Below are positions 10,394 to 23,991 of a DNA stretch of 64,000 bases, piece after piece (the stretch's first letter is position 1; each line of letters opens with the position of its first letter). The notes under the pieces were generated by a model that saw only the letters and a program-made list of their open reading frames with translations, was not told the DNA's origin and made no database searches. Location: NCBI GenBank assembly GCA_010015585.1, contig ML975153.1. One strand, 5' to 3'. The stretch is from Eremomyces bilateralis CBS 781.70. Its lineage: Eukaryota. The translations under genes were made by a program, and so were the position numbers.

Positions 10394-13300
10394 ATGGTTG
10401 GTCTCACATCGGCCGCTGGCCTCGTGGGCTTTCTATCAGAACACGATCCGACGTTGCGAAGTTTCGCCCTTCACAAGCTGAATGAGGATATTGATTTGTT
10501 ATGGCCCGAAGTCTCCGGCTCCCTCGCTCAAATGTACGTCACCCTTGTTGATGCCTTTCATCGCGCTTGGCCCGTCGTTCACCTGACGGCTGTGAACTTC
10601 TATCATCAACAGAGATGTGATGTGGGCGTCCCCTAGCTAACCATGAACAGTGAGGCGCTTTACGAAGATGAATCCTTTCCAGATCGTGAACTCGCCGCCC
10701 TGGTGGCCGCCAAGGTCTACTACCAGCTACAAGAATACGACGAGAGCATGGTGTTCGCCCTAGGTGCCGGAAAACTATTCAGCATCGATCAGCCGGGAGA
10801 GTTTGAAGACACGATTATTGGTATGTTCTTGGTTCGCCGTTGGTGAGGCGTTGTTGCCGTTCTGGCTGGACCGCTAACCGTTCAACAGCAAAGTGCGTGG
10901 ATACGTATATCGCGCTGTCTGCTATGCACAATCCTCCCGCACCAGCGAGCAGTGCAAATTCCGCGCCGCCCGTTTTGTCAACCGTGTTCTCCAACGCGAC
11001 CAACGGTGCCGCGAACACGTCCGCCAGCCTCGCCTCCCCGACCACGCCGTTCTCGCAATCAATCCTCCCGTCAAAGTCGCTCCTATCACGTCAAGATTCA
11101 TCATCGTTGGAATCGTCCTTGATGGTGGGCAACGGGGGCATTGTCGGTGCTCACCCGGCGCCGTTGGCCCTCCAGCGGAACGTTCAGAAGAATCTGCAGG
11201 CCGTCATTCGGAGACTTTTCGAGAGCTGCTACGAGATCGGCGAGTACCATCACGTGGTTGGCATCGCCGTCGAAGCCCGCAATCTTGAGGTTTTGCGGGA
11301 AGCCATCCTCCGTGCGAGCCGAGAAGAGAGAAAACAGAGCAAAAAGGCCGCGAGTCCCACTCCAGGCAAGAGCGAGGAACTGATGGAGTATGTGTTGGAC
11401 ATCTGCATGAACATCGTCCAGGAGCGAGGATTACGGAACGAGGTAGGCTCACATCACGCCACTGGACCGCAGGGCGCTAACGTTGAATAGATCCTCCACC
11501 TGATCCTCGACCTTTTGAACGACATCCCCAATCCCGATTACTTTTCGATCGCCAAATGCGTCGTCTATTTGGGCGAGCATTCCATGGCATCCAACATACT
11601 GAAGCAACTCGTGGAAAGAGACGATTCCAAGTCCCTCGCGATCGCCTACCAAATCTCCTTCGATCTCTACGACAATGGCACCCAAGAATTCCTATCTACA
11701 GTGATGGAAGGATTGCCAGATACGACCGAGGAAGCGAAGGACAACGAGCACCCGGTCGCGAACGGGGATATCAACCACGACCGTGAGCCGGCCGAACCGA
11801 CGGAGACGGACCAGCTGCTGGACTCGAACGGCGATTCGCAAGCGAACGGTCCTCGGACCTCGACCATCGCCACGCGCACGAAGCCGGCGACCGAGGCGGA
11901 AACGAAAGCCTATAAATCCATTCGACAAATCCTGACCGGCACGAAGTCAATCGAGCTCAACCTGGAGTTCCTATACCGATCCAATCGACACGATATCGCC
12001 GTGTTGAACCGCATCCGAGACAGCCTCGAGGGCCGGAATTCCATATTCCACTCGGCTGTTACGTTTGCGAACGCATTCATGAACTCGGGCTCGATGAACG
12101 ATGGGTTTTTCCGACAAAACTTGGAGTGGCTCGGTAAAGCCGTGAACTGGAGCAAGTTCACCGCCACGGCGGCCCTGGGCGTGATCCATCGCGGAAATAT
12201 CGGGCAAGGCTTGAAATTACTTGAGCCCTATCTTCCCAAGGCAACATCGGTGAGCGGATCCCCCTACAGCCAGGGCGGTAGTCTGTACGCTCTGGGGCTC
12301 ATCTACACCAATCACGGGACCCAAGTCTTGGATTACCTGCGAAAGCAATTCAACGAAGCGACCGAAGAGGTCGTGCAGCATGGTGGTGCTCTCGGCCTCG
12401 GCGTCGCCGGGATGGCGACTGGTTCCGAGGACATCTTCGAGGAGCTCAAAACCGCTCTGTGGTCCGACTCCGCCATCAATGGAGAGGCCGTGGGCCTTGC
12501 CATGGGGTTGATCATGCTCGGCACCGGAAGCACCAAGGCACTGCATCTCATGATCCAATATGCCCATGAAACGCAGCACGAGAAGATTGTTCGTGGCCTC
12601 GCCATGGGCATGGCGCTGATTATGTATGCCCGACAAGAAGCGGCCGACGATCTTATCAATGGGCTCCTCGAGGAACCCGACCCATCGCTCCGCTACGGTG
12701 GCATCATGACCATTGCGTTGGCGTATTGTGGAAGCGGAAGCAACCGTGCCGTCCGTCGACTGCTCCACGTAGCTGTCAGCGATGTCAACGATGATGTGAG
12801 GCGAGTCGCCGTTATGAGCTTGGGCTTCGTTCTGTTCCGGAAACCGGGCAGCGTTCCACGGATGGTGGAATTGCTGGCCGAGAGCTACAACCCGCACGTC
12901 CGGTATGGCGCCACCATGGCCCTGGGGATTGCCTGCGCTGGAACAGGGTTGGACGACGCGATCGATCTGCTCGAGCCGATGATGAAAGACTCGGTCGACT
13001 TCGTCCGCCAGGGCGCGTTGATCTCTCTCGCCATGATCATGGTGCAGCAGAACGAGGTCATGAATCCCAAGGTGGCGACCATCCGCAAACTGCTGACCAA
13101 GACGGTCAGCGATCGCCATGAAGACGCGATGGCCAAGTTCGGAGCGGCGCTCGCACTGGGAATCATCGACGCCGGCGGTCGAAATTGTACCATCGGCCTG
13201 CAAACGCAAACGGGGAACCTCAACATGACCGCGGTCGTGGGGATGGCCATCTTCACCCAATATTGGTATTGGTTCCCGCTGACGCACTTCCTATCCCTCT

Positions 13301-14276
13301 CCTTCACACCGACGGCCATCATCGGAGTAGACCAGGATCTGGAAATCCCCAATTTCGCGTTCCACAGCGCCACACGGCCGAGTCTGTTCGACTACCCGCC
13401 AGAGCAGGAGGTCAAGACCGAGGAGGCACCCGAGAAGGTAAAGACCGCCGTTCTTAGCACGACGGCTCAGGCGCAGAGGAGGAAGATTGCCAAAGAGCGA
13501 CAAGCCCGGCGGGAGAGCACGAGTGGCATGGAGATCGACCAAACCCCTACCACCCCCAAAGTTGGCGCCGAAGACGCGATGGAGGTGGACGAGGAGACAA
13601 AGAAGGAGGACGAAGAGAAACCCCCGGCCGAAGGGGACAAGGAGAAGTCAAAGGACGGCGCGGCAGTCGAAGGCAAAAAGCGACCGGAAAAGGAGAAGGT
13701 GGGGTACGAGCTGGAAAACATGTCTCGCATTCTTCCCGCGCAGACCAAGTACCTCAGCTTCCCGAGTGACCGATATGTTCCGGTCAAAAAGGTGAGCACC
13801 AGTCTACCGTTGTATGTTCGTTGCTAACAGATTCCCAGCCTACCGGCGGCGTCATCCTGGTCCACGACAATCAGCCATCCGAGCCGAAAGACCTGCTCGA
13901 ACTCAAGGTCCAGAAAGCTGTCGTCACCGCCGCGCCCACCGCTGGCCAATCGACCGGTCCCTCCGGGGCGCAAACGGCCACCACGGGAATCCCCAGCATC
14001 GGCAGTCTCTCGTCGTCGCAGCTCGGAAACCTCAACCCCGCGCAGCGCGACATGATCGGGAACCTGCAGCGCCTGTTGGGGGAGCAAGGCCACGGTCAGG
14101 CCGGGGAGGACGAGCCGCAGACGCCCGCGTTCCGGGGCGATCACGGCGGCGCGGCGGCGGGGGCGGGCGTGCTTACCGCGTGGGATGATGGGGAAGAGGA
14201 GGCGGAGGCGCCCGACGCGTTTGACTATGACAGCGACGGACACCGCAACGATGGGATGGACGATGATGAGGAGTAA
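10394..14276 (+). CDS. RPN2: 26S proteasome regulatory subunit Rpn2 (PSMD1), 5 exons
   Basis: MVGLTSAAGL start, ALVAAKVYYQL, NLEWLGKAVNWSKFTATAALG, PC repeats and QYWYWFPL. Introns near 10533-10650, 10821-10888, 11443-11490 and 13792-13838. Confidence 0.97.
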
Positions 14277-15027
14277 AGGGACGATACCACCCGCCTTTTT
14301 CGCTCGGGGACGACCACCATCCACCTCCGCTCGCCATTCGGCATCCTCAGATTCGCTACGACGCCTCGAGACACCCCGATGCGCTGGATCGGCCACCCGC
14401 TTCGATCCACCCTTCGACCTAATCCCCATGCATCTGGTTCGGCGCCTACGGACTGTAATCGTCTTTTTTCACGTTCACGTTTGTCTTAACAACTTCCTGC
14501 CTGCGTACCTTGCGCTGACGGGGTCCACGGTGCTTCTGGATTTTGGAACCCGCGCGCGGTCTTAGAATAGTAAGGGGGGGACGGGTTATAAGATGTAGAG
14601 TATTCATACGTGCAACCAACCCATCAGATATAATCCATGTGTGTTCTTGAGAATTTGCTTGGTCGACGTGATGAGATTATGTCCCGGATTTTCTTTTTAG
14701 TATAAGTAGAAGCGTTAAATCGTCTGGTGTGGAATACTTTGATGGCAACAGCATCTAATAGCTATCCCAGGCAGGGGGAGCTGCTTAGTGGGCTGTGGTA
14801 ATCCACGTCCGCCACGTCCAGACCACTGTACGCGTAGACCTACCGTACGAGTCCTGTAGCCAAGCTTCCTTTACTGAGTTATTGCCTTTCAACCTGCATG
14901 TTACAACTATCGGAAAAAACATGCCATTCACCCCTTCGTCCAGAAGAACGGTGCCTTTGCAATCCCCATAGCGTTTAATGGACCTTCTGGTCATCACCCC
15001 CCACTTCGACGTGGACAATCGGTAGCC

Positions 15028-17032
15028 ATGGGTCAAGGGCAATCCACCCCTCCCGTCTCCATCGGTATGTGAGCCACCAACGCTCCAGACGGCGAATCTA
15101 CTAACCCACCCGACAGAGGAGCTCAACCGGGATCTCGTGAATAAACTCCTCGAGAAATGCTACTCCCCCATAGAAATATACTCTTTCAAGCATGTCTTCC
15201 GCTCCCTCGCCGACAGCGAGAGCGGCCTGCGCTACTGGACCGAGAGCACCCTCTGTCGCTTCCTCGAGCTGCCCGACGCGATCGGCGCGGGCCCCGTCGT
15301 CTATCAGATGGCGACCTATCTAGGCGCGTTCCCCTTCCCCAGCCAAGCGCCGGCCATCTTGACCAACGACGCCTTGCTGAAGGTGGTGACGATCTTGACC
15401 GGGAGATATGAAGCGGTCTTGCGGAAGGGGAGGGAAACGTGGGTGAGGGAGATCTATCGGAGCCTGGCCGTCCACGACCGCACGCTGCGGCAGAAAGAGT
15501 CGCGAGGCGGGGAGAGTCCGACAGAGCGAGCGGACGGAAAGGGGTTCGCCGTGGATGAAGCGGCGGATGACGATGAGGATGGCGATGACGAGCTGGTCCT
15601 GTCCGCCTTCGAGACGTTGGATGCGATCGAAGCCTTCGGACACGGCGAGAGGGTGGACGTCCACCACTCGGTCATCCCGAGCGACAACCTGCTGAAGCTG
15701 ATCGAGCTGCTCATCCTCGCATCCCCGATGGGCGCGCAGGAGAAACTGTCGGCGATCACGTCGGAGCTGACGGACGCGAAGGTCAGTGAACTGCGAAGGA
15801 CGGCCGGCAACATCTTGGCTACTTTCGGCGTGGAACAGAGCCATGGCGTGGCGTTCAAGACTTTCCACGCCGTGGTGATTACGTCCCTTCCGTACCTGTT
15901 CGACGGGCTGCGGCCATTGTTCGAGCATTTCCTGTTCGACAAGGACTTCGACCTCTCCAAGCGAAAGATGTCGGCGTCTTTGACCTCCGAGTTGTCGCCG
16001 TCTGTCTCGACGCTACTGTCGACGCCGCTGTCGACACCGTCCGAGTCCATTATTGCAGAGAAACCCACGCCGCCAGAGCAGGAGCCGGCTCTACTAGAGC
16101 CAGGAGAGATTCTTGATCTGAATACATTGAGTCACCTGTCATTCTTCCTCCGTCCCTCCCCGTTTCGCCACGTCCATCCGCTGTACGCCGGATCCCGCGC
16201 GGGATTCAGCATGGGATCGTTTGAGAAATGCGTCTTCAAATACCCCGGACCTACGATTCTCCTCTTGCGAGGTGAAGTGATGTCCGCCAGCGAAATGGCC
16301 AGCACCGGGAATCCCCGATTACGTACATTTACCGACTCCATCCCCCCATCACGCCTCTCCTCGTCGATCCCCACATCCTCCCAATCGTCGACCGTAACCT
16401 ACGGAGCATACATCCCCTCACCATGGAAATCGACACCATCGGCATGCTTCGGCGATTCTAGCACCGTTCTCTTCCAACTCTCCCCACGGCACCTTCTCTT
16501 CCCCGCCTCGACTCTCTCCCCGCATTATGTCTACTGCAACAAGAACCCCACGACGTTCCCCGGCATCGGATTCGGCAGCCCCGCCCCCGTCCGCAGCGCA
16601 TCCCACATCCACGGCGTCGACCGTCGCCACAGCTACTCCGAGCGCCGCACCCTCCCGCTCGGCCCCGTCAGCCTGCACCTCGAAGACGGCCTGGAGTTCG
16701 CCGTGTTCACCCACGATGCCGAGGGCGGCGGCTCGTTCCTCCCGTCGCCGATCGCCGGATTCTCGGCGCACCACGCTGCGGCGCAGCCGAGTGCGCGCAG
16801 CCTGGCGTCGTGGCAGGACCGCATCGAGATCACGTCGCTGGAGGTTTGGGGGCTGAGTGCGGCGGGCGATGGGACGGAGGCGGAGGAACAGAGGCGGGCG
16901 TGGAAATGGGAGGAGCGGGAGGCGGAGCGGCGGAGGAGGATTAATCTTGGGACGGGGGATCGGGATGCGGATTACGAGCTGTTGAAGATGGCTGGGCTGG
17001 TGAGCGGGGAATACAGCGGGGGAAGTATGTGA
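15028..17032 (+). CDS. RTC5: TLDc-domain protein Rtc5 with N-terminal myristoylation motif (MGQGQS)
   Basis: Exon 1 15028-15064 and intron 15065-15116 join ORF 15137-17032. LYAGSRAGFSMGSFEKCVFKY, IEITSLEVWG, W.WEEREAERRRRIN and LLKMAGLV. Confidence 0.88.
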
Positions 17033-17286
17033 TAAACGGGATGGGCGGGAAACATTTCCTCTTACTGACGAGCCAGTCGACGGGATTGCTGTCGTTTGGA
17101 TGGGCGTTCATGGATGCTTTGGACGAAAAAGGAGGATTTAATGCGTCATGAGATTCACAAGATATAGTAATACATGCGTCGTCCTGGGGATGCTTCGCTA
17201 TAATACAAGAGGTTCGATATCATCCCATGTGAAACACCCAGACTCCATCCGCCCGCCGCCGTGGTATGCTCGCCTTTCACTCCGAC

Positions 17287-17781
17287 TTATCCTTGCCTGT
17301 GACGTATCAGATATGCCATGGTGAAGCGTAAAGGTCAACTCACCGCTGCTTGTGCTTCGGGTTCTTGCTACATATGATGTAGACATACTTCTTCTTCCGT
17401 CGCACGCTCTGTCCTTCTGTCAGCACACCGTCGTCACAATCGCCAATCCTTCCGCCGGGAGATTTCTGCATACCTTACATCCGTCGCATAATTTCTTCAC
17501 GGACGTCCGCACCTGTTCAGCTCAGCATCCACCCCCGGTCCTGGAATCAAGCAACCAACCTTCATCCCTCTTCGCTGTCCTACGGTTGTGAAGATCGAGG
17601 TGCCATTGGCCTCCACGGCCCCGGAAGGGCTTAGGAATTGCGATGGACGATTGGGTCGTGGGAAGCGGAGGGTTTGCGAAATCGACGTGATGCTTCGACG
17701 GAGCGGAAGCTGGGTGAACGGACTTGAGCAGGTCGGTCGGGAGACCTGCCTGCTTGTAAGTAAGAGGGTCCGAGCCAACAT
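17287..17781 (-). CDS. RTC6: mitochondrial ribosomal protein bL36m, 4 exons
   Basis: Arg/Ser-rich presequence, then spliced RGMK|VRTSVKKLCDGCK|SVRRKKKYVYIICSKNPKHKQR|QG* (L36 Zn-ribbon signature). Only partly present in the ORF track. Confidence 0.9.
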
Positions 17782-18036
17782 CTTGTCTGGTGATTTGGGG
17801 ATATGCGGCGTGGAGTGGTCGAGGATGTTAATTGTTGGATCCACCACGAATTCACGATGTCCAGTCTCCCAAGAACCCTGTCGATGATAATCTAGATCAC
17901 GTGACTCGATATATACTAGAATATCGGATATCACGGTCGGAATGGAATTATGGAATCTCCTCTAATCATCGACTTTCCGCTGGGGTTTTACTGTTTATTG
18001 GTGTCTCTAAATCAAACTCTGCACATTATACAACTC

Positions 18037-18879
18037 TCATTTCCGACTACCTTGTTGTGCTTCGGTTTTATCGATTTGCTTCAGAAGAAACCCAATGCTA
18101 GCATCTCTAGCCTTCTCCAGCTGCTGTAAACGAGCCAAAGGAAACGATTCATACTCCGGCGATGTCGCTGAAGGGGATGCTTGTAATGGCTTAGTTGGCT
18201 CACTTGACTGACTCGCAGCAAGTGGAGAACCGGCCGTCACCGTATCTGCCTTCTTTTGATCTAGCAGCTGTCTGAGGACAACGATGCTCTCGTCTCTGGA
18301 TTGGAGCTCTTTCACCAGAGCCCTTCGTTCCTTCTCCTCCAGTTCTGGATCTCGTGGCACAATCTTATCGCCTTGCTCTAGCCGAGATGCAGAATCCACC
18401 TGTCGCCGTTTCCGATCCCCTTCCCCGTCCCGCTCCCAGGTTTGTTGCCATCGTCTGACAGCGTTTCGCGCCACCGTTTCGATATGCTGAAACCTTACCG
18501 GACCCAGCAAAACGCCGCCATACCATCGTGCCACAACAATGCTCCCAGTAACTCCCATTTCTTCGAGAACCTTCTCGAGCCGTTTCCCGGCCCATGACTC
18601 CCCATCATCATCGTGTCCGACGTCGAAGAGCTGCAACGGCCCTGATGATGTCTTCAGAGTCGTCTGCTTTGAGGCTACCCGCCACGCTGCGATTCGGTGG
18701 GTTGCCGGCTTCAGCTCTGGGAGGCTTTGCAGGGTCCTCGCTGGCAGGGAGGGAGAATAGTATCCGGCAAAACGAGATTTTCGGTCAAGGACCGCCTCTG
18801 AGACGGAGTAGTTGTTGTTACGTTGCCGTTCATCCGGTGTCGAATCGGCCATGGTTCCCGCCGAACGCTTGAGACTCAT
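18037..18879 (-). CDS. IMPACT/YigZ (UPF0029) family protein without RWD domain
   Basis: DRKSRF, ATHRIAAWR, HDDDGESWAGKRL and VVARWYGGVLLGPVRFQHI. Confidence 0.88.
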   Translation of the reverse strand: MSLKRSAGTMADSTPDERQRNNNYSVSEAVLDRKSRFAGYYSPSLPARTLQSLPELKPATHRIAAWRVASKQTTLKTSSGPLQLFDVGHDDDGESWAGKRLEKVLEEMGVTGSIVVARWYGGVLLGPVRFQHIETVARNAVRRWQQTWERDGEGDRKRRQVDSASRLEQGDKIVPRDPELEEKERRALVKELQSRDESIVVLRQLLDQKKADTVTAGSPLAASQSSEPTKPLQASPSATSPEYESFPLARLQQLEKARDASIGFLLKQIDKTEAQQGSRK

Positions 18880-19287
18880 AGTGGATATGGATGTGGAATC
18901 AACGCAACATGGCGCGATGTCCACGCTCTATAGCTAGTGGTAGCCACATGCCCAGTCGCTAGAATAAGATCATCTCTGAGACCATCTCTGCAGAGTACGA
19001 CATGGAAACGGTTGTAGATTTACATCGCTTGTAGATGATAATTGAGATAGGAACGGGAAGTGCTGGGATGGACGGAGAGGCTTAGTAAGATCAGGTTTAG
19101 ACTTAATACTGACTTATTATCACTTGACACTTAATTAATTAGTCACTTAGTAGCAAATGTTGGGTGCACGAACCACCTGTTCCCTATCAACCTCGAGTCC
19201 AACTTCAGACGCGGCGAACGTAAACAGAACAACCACAAACTTCAGCAGCATCGTGAAGCTACAGCAAGCACATCCCGTTAAGCCAAT

Positions 19288-20913
19288 ATGGCTGTGGGTT
19301 TCTTTTCAAGGTCCTTCTGGGTTCTAACCGCCCTTGGTGGGATCTATATAGCCTTGCTTTCAACTTTGACCTTTGTAGATGTCCAACGCTTGTATGTCCC
19401 TCAACTATCCGACAACAATGAGGATGGAGATGATGATATGAGTATGGAACGTGGACTTACTGGTTAAAGCGCCCTTTATGCAAATAAATTCCATACCGGT
19501 TACTGGGACGATGTTTCTGAGACTGAGCGTTCCGGATTTTCTAGTACGTTGGGCATTTGAGATGATATTTCCGCCATCCTGGGGACGCGTGTCTGGTCGG
19601 CATCTGGTTTGGCGCGTGATTCCATCGCATATCGGTTCTGCCTTGCTTAAGATTCTTGCGCAATTGTTCTTCCTGCGATTTGATCCATGATCGGGATGAC
19701 TCGCGGAACTTACTCGAGTACAGAACATCAAGTGACCCCTTTCTTCATCGATTCAACCGACAATGTCAAGCTGTACGCGTGGCACGTCCTTCCGATATCG
19801 GTTTATGGGAAGCATAGAGATATAATCCTATCACAGCCAGATGGTCTAGTCGAAGACTTCAAGCAAAGCCTTCCGTATAAGCTATTGAAAGACGACCCAG
19901 ATAGCAAAGTCATCGTGAGCTGTGAGTGGCGTCGACTGTGACCGTGTTGGAGGTTTTCTAATTGACATGCATAGTCCATGGGGTAAGGATAGCCCGTACG
20001 AATACATAATCGAAAAATGGGGACTGATGATTACCACTGTTCTAGAACGCTGGCCACGTTGGGCAAGGATTCCGCCCTGATATTTACCGAACGGTGACGG
20101 GCCTTTCTCCTCACAATCACTTGATCGCTATCGATTACCGTGGATTTGGGGCTTCCAATGGCTCACCGACCGAAGCCGGCCTAATTGCCGACGGTATATC
20201 GACCGTCGATTATGTGGTGAATATACTAGGAATCCCTCCTGCACGTATCGCTATCCTAGGCCAGAGCCTCGGCACCGCCGTGAGTTCCGCAGTAGCGCTA
20301 CATTTTGCCTCTCCCGGTGCTCCCGAACTGGCGCCGCTGAACTCCTCATCCCCGGAAATCCAAGCGTTGACGCCCGCGGCGCCGATGGACTTTGCGAAGA
20401 TCATCCTCCTGGCGCCGTTCACGGACCTGCCGACGCTGCTCCGCACGTACCGCATCTCCGGCATCATTCCCGTGCTCTCGCCGCTCCGATACCATCCGAA
20501 GGCAGTCGACTGGATGCTGAAGCACGTGGTGGATATTTGGGATAGCGCGGCGAGGTTGGAAGCGTTGACGCGAGCCACCGTGTCTGACGGCCGGACACTG
20601 GATTTGCATGTTGTTCATGCTATGGATGACTGGGATATTAGGTACACCCACAGCGTCGACATCTTCAAACGGACAATGAGAACGGATGCCAGTCGCACAG
20701 TGGCCACAACGGACCTGAAATTTCGTGGCGGTGAACGGAGGCAATGGCTTGGACCGGATCAAGTGTGTACCATTGACATGCTGAACTACGGAGGTATGTC
20801 TTCTCACCTCATTGACTTCAAAACGACGATATTCAACACATGATGCAGGACACAACCGAGCAATGAAGTCGAGCGCCGGGCAGTTGGCAGTTCTAGAGGC
20901 CTTCGGACTGTGA
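19288..20913 (+). CDS. ABHD12-like alpha/beta hydrolase with N-terminal TM segment, 6 exons
   Basis: LYAWHVLP, spliced F|HG|NAGH, IDYRGFGASNGSPTEAGL, GQSLG nucleophile, HAMDDWDI and G|GHN. Confidence 0.88.
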
Positions 20914-21396
20914 GAAGGATTTTAGTGGAATGGAGCGAATTTGGGGGGAAGGTAAAGAAGAACTACCTTCGCTGAAACGTTTAAAGAATGGATGGAGGTT
21001 AATTTGAGTTTTCTGGGCGTGATTGAGGAGCCCTAACCAGTAGGATACTCTTACCTTATACATATAATTTTCAATGCAATCCTTGCGTCTAATAATCCTT
21101 GCATGTCTTGTGTTGATAGGCACTTAGTCTCTCCGTCGTCAACGATTGCATATACTGTAACAAAGCCTCCATCCCCTTCAACCATTTCTTGTTCCGGGGT
21201 TGAAAGGTACGTATTCATTCCATTCCTCATTTATTCTTGCCCAAGAGCTCTTTAGCTCTTCTTAAGACCGTGTTTTCTTAAAAAATACATCGGGTTTCGT
21301 CTAACGCAGTCTGATACTGTTTATACACACGCTTTAATAACGACAAACCCAATCTGGCCGTCTGTCAACACCCATACACCTTTGTAGCCGCATGAT

Positions 21397-23597
21397 TTAG
21401 ATGCCATCTCCATCCTCCGCCTTGGGCAAACGCAACGGCAGGAATCGATCCGGCGCACGTGTCCCTTTCGCGAACACCATCTCCATGTATTCCCGCACAT
21501 CCTTCTGCGGCGCCACAGCCCGCGACAACGCCGAGAGTACAAAGGTGGTCTCGTCCTCGGCGAAGAATCGGATGGTGACGGGCTGATAGTAGAACGGACC
21601 ATCGACGTCGAGCTCTGGGATGCCTTGCGGTTTCAAGGGGCTGGGTGGATGAGTGGGAGGTGGGGGTGCCGGGGCTGGAACTTCAGGCTTGATGGCCAAA
21701 GACGCATTGGAAGCCCCTTGCGGAGTGTGCTTCGAGGGCGTCGCGCTAGCGCCGGGGTCAGCTGCACTGGGCGTGTGATTTGACTGTGTGTTCTGCGATG
21801 CGGCTGATACAGCTTCCGGCTTCACGGCTGGCGTGGCGGGTTCTGCGACCCGTCGTTTTTCGCGGATCGGTTTGCCGTCCAAGTCACGGAGGATCAGAAA
21901 GGAAGCGGTCGCCGCGCGAAATCCCGGCTGGTACTCAATGATGCTCATCCGAGGAAAGAGCCATCGGTCGTTCGTATTCTCTTCGAATTCTATCAGGAGA
22001 TGGACCGGTCCATCGTTCGCGGGCGGTCGAACGATTCTCGGGCGCGGAGGAAGCGGCTGACGGTAAACGTGAGCTTGTTGCGGGCCTTGGTAAGCATATG
22101 GCAATGAAGACGGGGTTCCGAAAGGGTTTTGTTGTGGATGTTGCATGGTTGGTGGAGGTGGCGGTCGAGGGGCGGGGGAGGGGAGGGGGTGTGAGAACGG
22201 ATTGGAAGCACTGGGCTGGCGTGGTGGCGCTGGCGGAGCCGCTGGGGGAGGCGGGGCCGGCGTTTTCACCGATGCAGGGGCTGGCTGTGGAGCAGGAGCC
22301 GGTGTTTGCACCGGAGGGGTTGGCATATTCGTCTTGCTCTGTGCAGATGTGGGGGTTGGCGAGTGGGAGCTAGCTGGAGGAGCTGGGGTGGGTGTACCAT
22401 GTGCAGTATGCCCACCACGCGCCTTGACAATTGCCGACAGCTCATCGATGTGCCGCTGGAAGTACTCCAGCTGCGACGGATTGGCGTTCCCTGACGCGAC
22501 AATCCTCATCACCTGCTTGAGCTCCATGTTGGTGCTGGCTCGTTGTGCCAGCATGTGGATGACCGGATCGGGTGCTGGTTGCTGGGACGGAGCGGGACTT
22601 GGTGTTGGCGCAGGTGGAGGCGGTTGTGAAGCAGGGGGTGTCGGGGCTGCCGCATGGTGAGGGGCGTTTTCGGGGACGTTGCTCCTCGCCTGATGGCTTG
22701 GCTGCTGCGGAGGCTGCTGCGGAGGTGCTTGCTGTGGAGGCGGTTGCTGTGGAGGCGGTTGCTGTGGAGGCGGTTGCTGTGGAGGCGGTTGCTGTGGAGG
22801 CGGTCTCGGTGGCATGGGGCCACGGCTTATTGAAGGCTGCTGAGCCGACCGGATGGGAGTGGATTGTCCCTGGGCGAGAAAAGAAGGACCGGGGGTGGAA
22901 ATCGGTGTCTTGGGAGTACCATGCTGCGCTGGCGCGACGGTGTACGGAGGCGGTCGGTGGTAGTGATATTGGCCAGGAGTGGGAGATGCTGGATACCCCG
23001 AGTAGAAAGGAGATCCGTATGGTACGGGGGCCGTTTCGGTCAGAATGCGTTCGCCAGGGAGAGCGTCCATGCGCACCACGTAAAGATTGGCTTGGAATAT
23101 GTGTGGCTCAATGGTAACCTTCACCCCTTTCGCCCATTCTTTCATGCTTCTCTTCTTCTGGCCCGGCTGTTCGTTGTGGAGATAAACGATATCGGCTTGT
23201 TTTCTTTTCGCCCACCATCGATCGAGTGTGGCTTCATGTGTCCATTTGTGGCGTGAACGGCGGAGGGATTCCGCAAGAACTCCGCTGTAGAATTCATGTT
23301 AGCCTGCGCCATCTGCCGAAGAGCCCATGTATACCTTTCGCGTACGGTCTGGAATGACTGCACATCTTCGGGATCCTGGGGAGTAGACGTTGTCGGTAGC
23401 GGTTCAGCGGTGATTTTCGAAGGAAGGATTTCTGGCTTCGGAGGCGAGGGAGAAGGTTCTTTGGGTGTTCGCGGCGCGGCGTTGGATCTTCGACTTCGTG
23501 TACTGGATAGTTTGCGAGAAGAGGGATCGGGGGTGACACGTCGGTGTTTGGTGGCCGGAGTTCGCACTCGGCTCGAAAGTCTCCTCTTCTCCGCCAT
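21397..23597 (-). CDS. SWC3: SWR1 chromatin-remodelling complex subunit Swc3-like, 2 exons
   Basis: Intron 23285-23334 gives ...RE|SGVLAESLRRSRHKW...IEPHIF. Also DPVIHMLAQRAS...LKQVMRIVASG...FQRHIDEL and YYQPVTIRF. Confidence 0.75.
22728..22804 (-). repeat. 15-bp coding tandem repeat, (PPPQQ) x ~5
   Basis: GTTGCTGTGGAGGCG repeated on the + strand. Confidence 0.9.
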
Positions 23598-23873
23598 CGC
23601 GATTGGGCAAGATGGTCGCGTTGATCGCGATGGTTGCGATACTACGGAATCCAGAATAATACAGATGGGAGGACCTGAAATCAACGTAAGTTCAAGTCAG
23701 ATGACTTCAACAGGCAAGAACCACGGTGAACCAATAGGCGTTCAGAAACCCCGCAGACCCCTGTTCCAGCGACGCGAGGTGAGATGGTCACGTGCGCGAG
23801 AGAACGTGGCCGGCCAGGCAGGCATCGATTCATCGTCATTGGTCGGCCTTTCCTCGGCCACCTGGACTATCAC

Positions 23874-23898
23874 AATATCAGAATATCAGAATATCAGA
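23874..23898. repeat. (AATATCAG)x3 in the SWC3/NMT1 divergent promoter
   Basis: Read directly from the sequence. Confidence 0.8.
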
Positions 23899-23991
23899 TG
23901 CCAATTGCCATCGCCCGCACCCTCCATTTCTCATCTCCGCTTCTCAGTCCTCACTAGAATCCAAATATATTAACCCTGAGGACCTATCACC

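Noticed and set aside
12217..13287. Long antisense ORFs over RPN2 (also over MEF1 38989-40011, RTC5, LYS12, FOL3)
   Set aside because: Shadow frames caused by GC-rich codon usage of the real genes; no recognisable motifs.
15028..17781. RTC5 next to RTC6 as a functional cluster
   Set aside because: The names come from one yeast screen; the proteins (TLDc vs mitoribosomal bL36) are unrelated.
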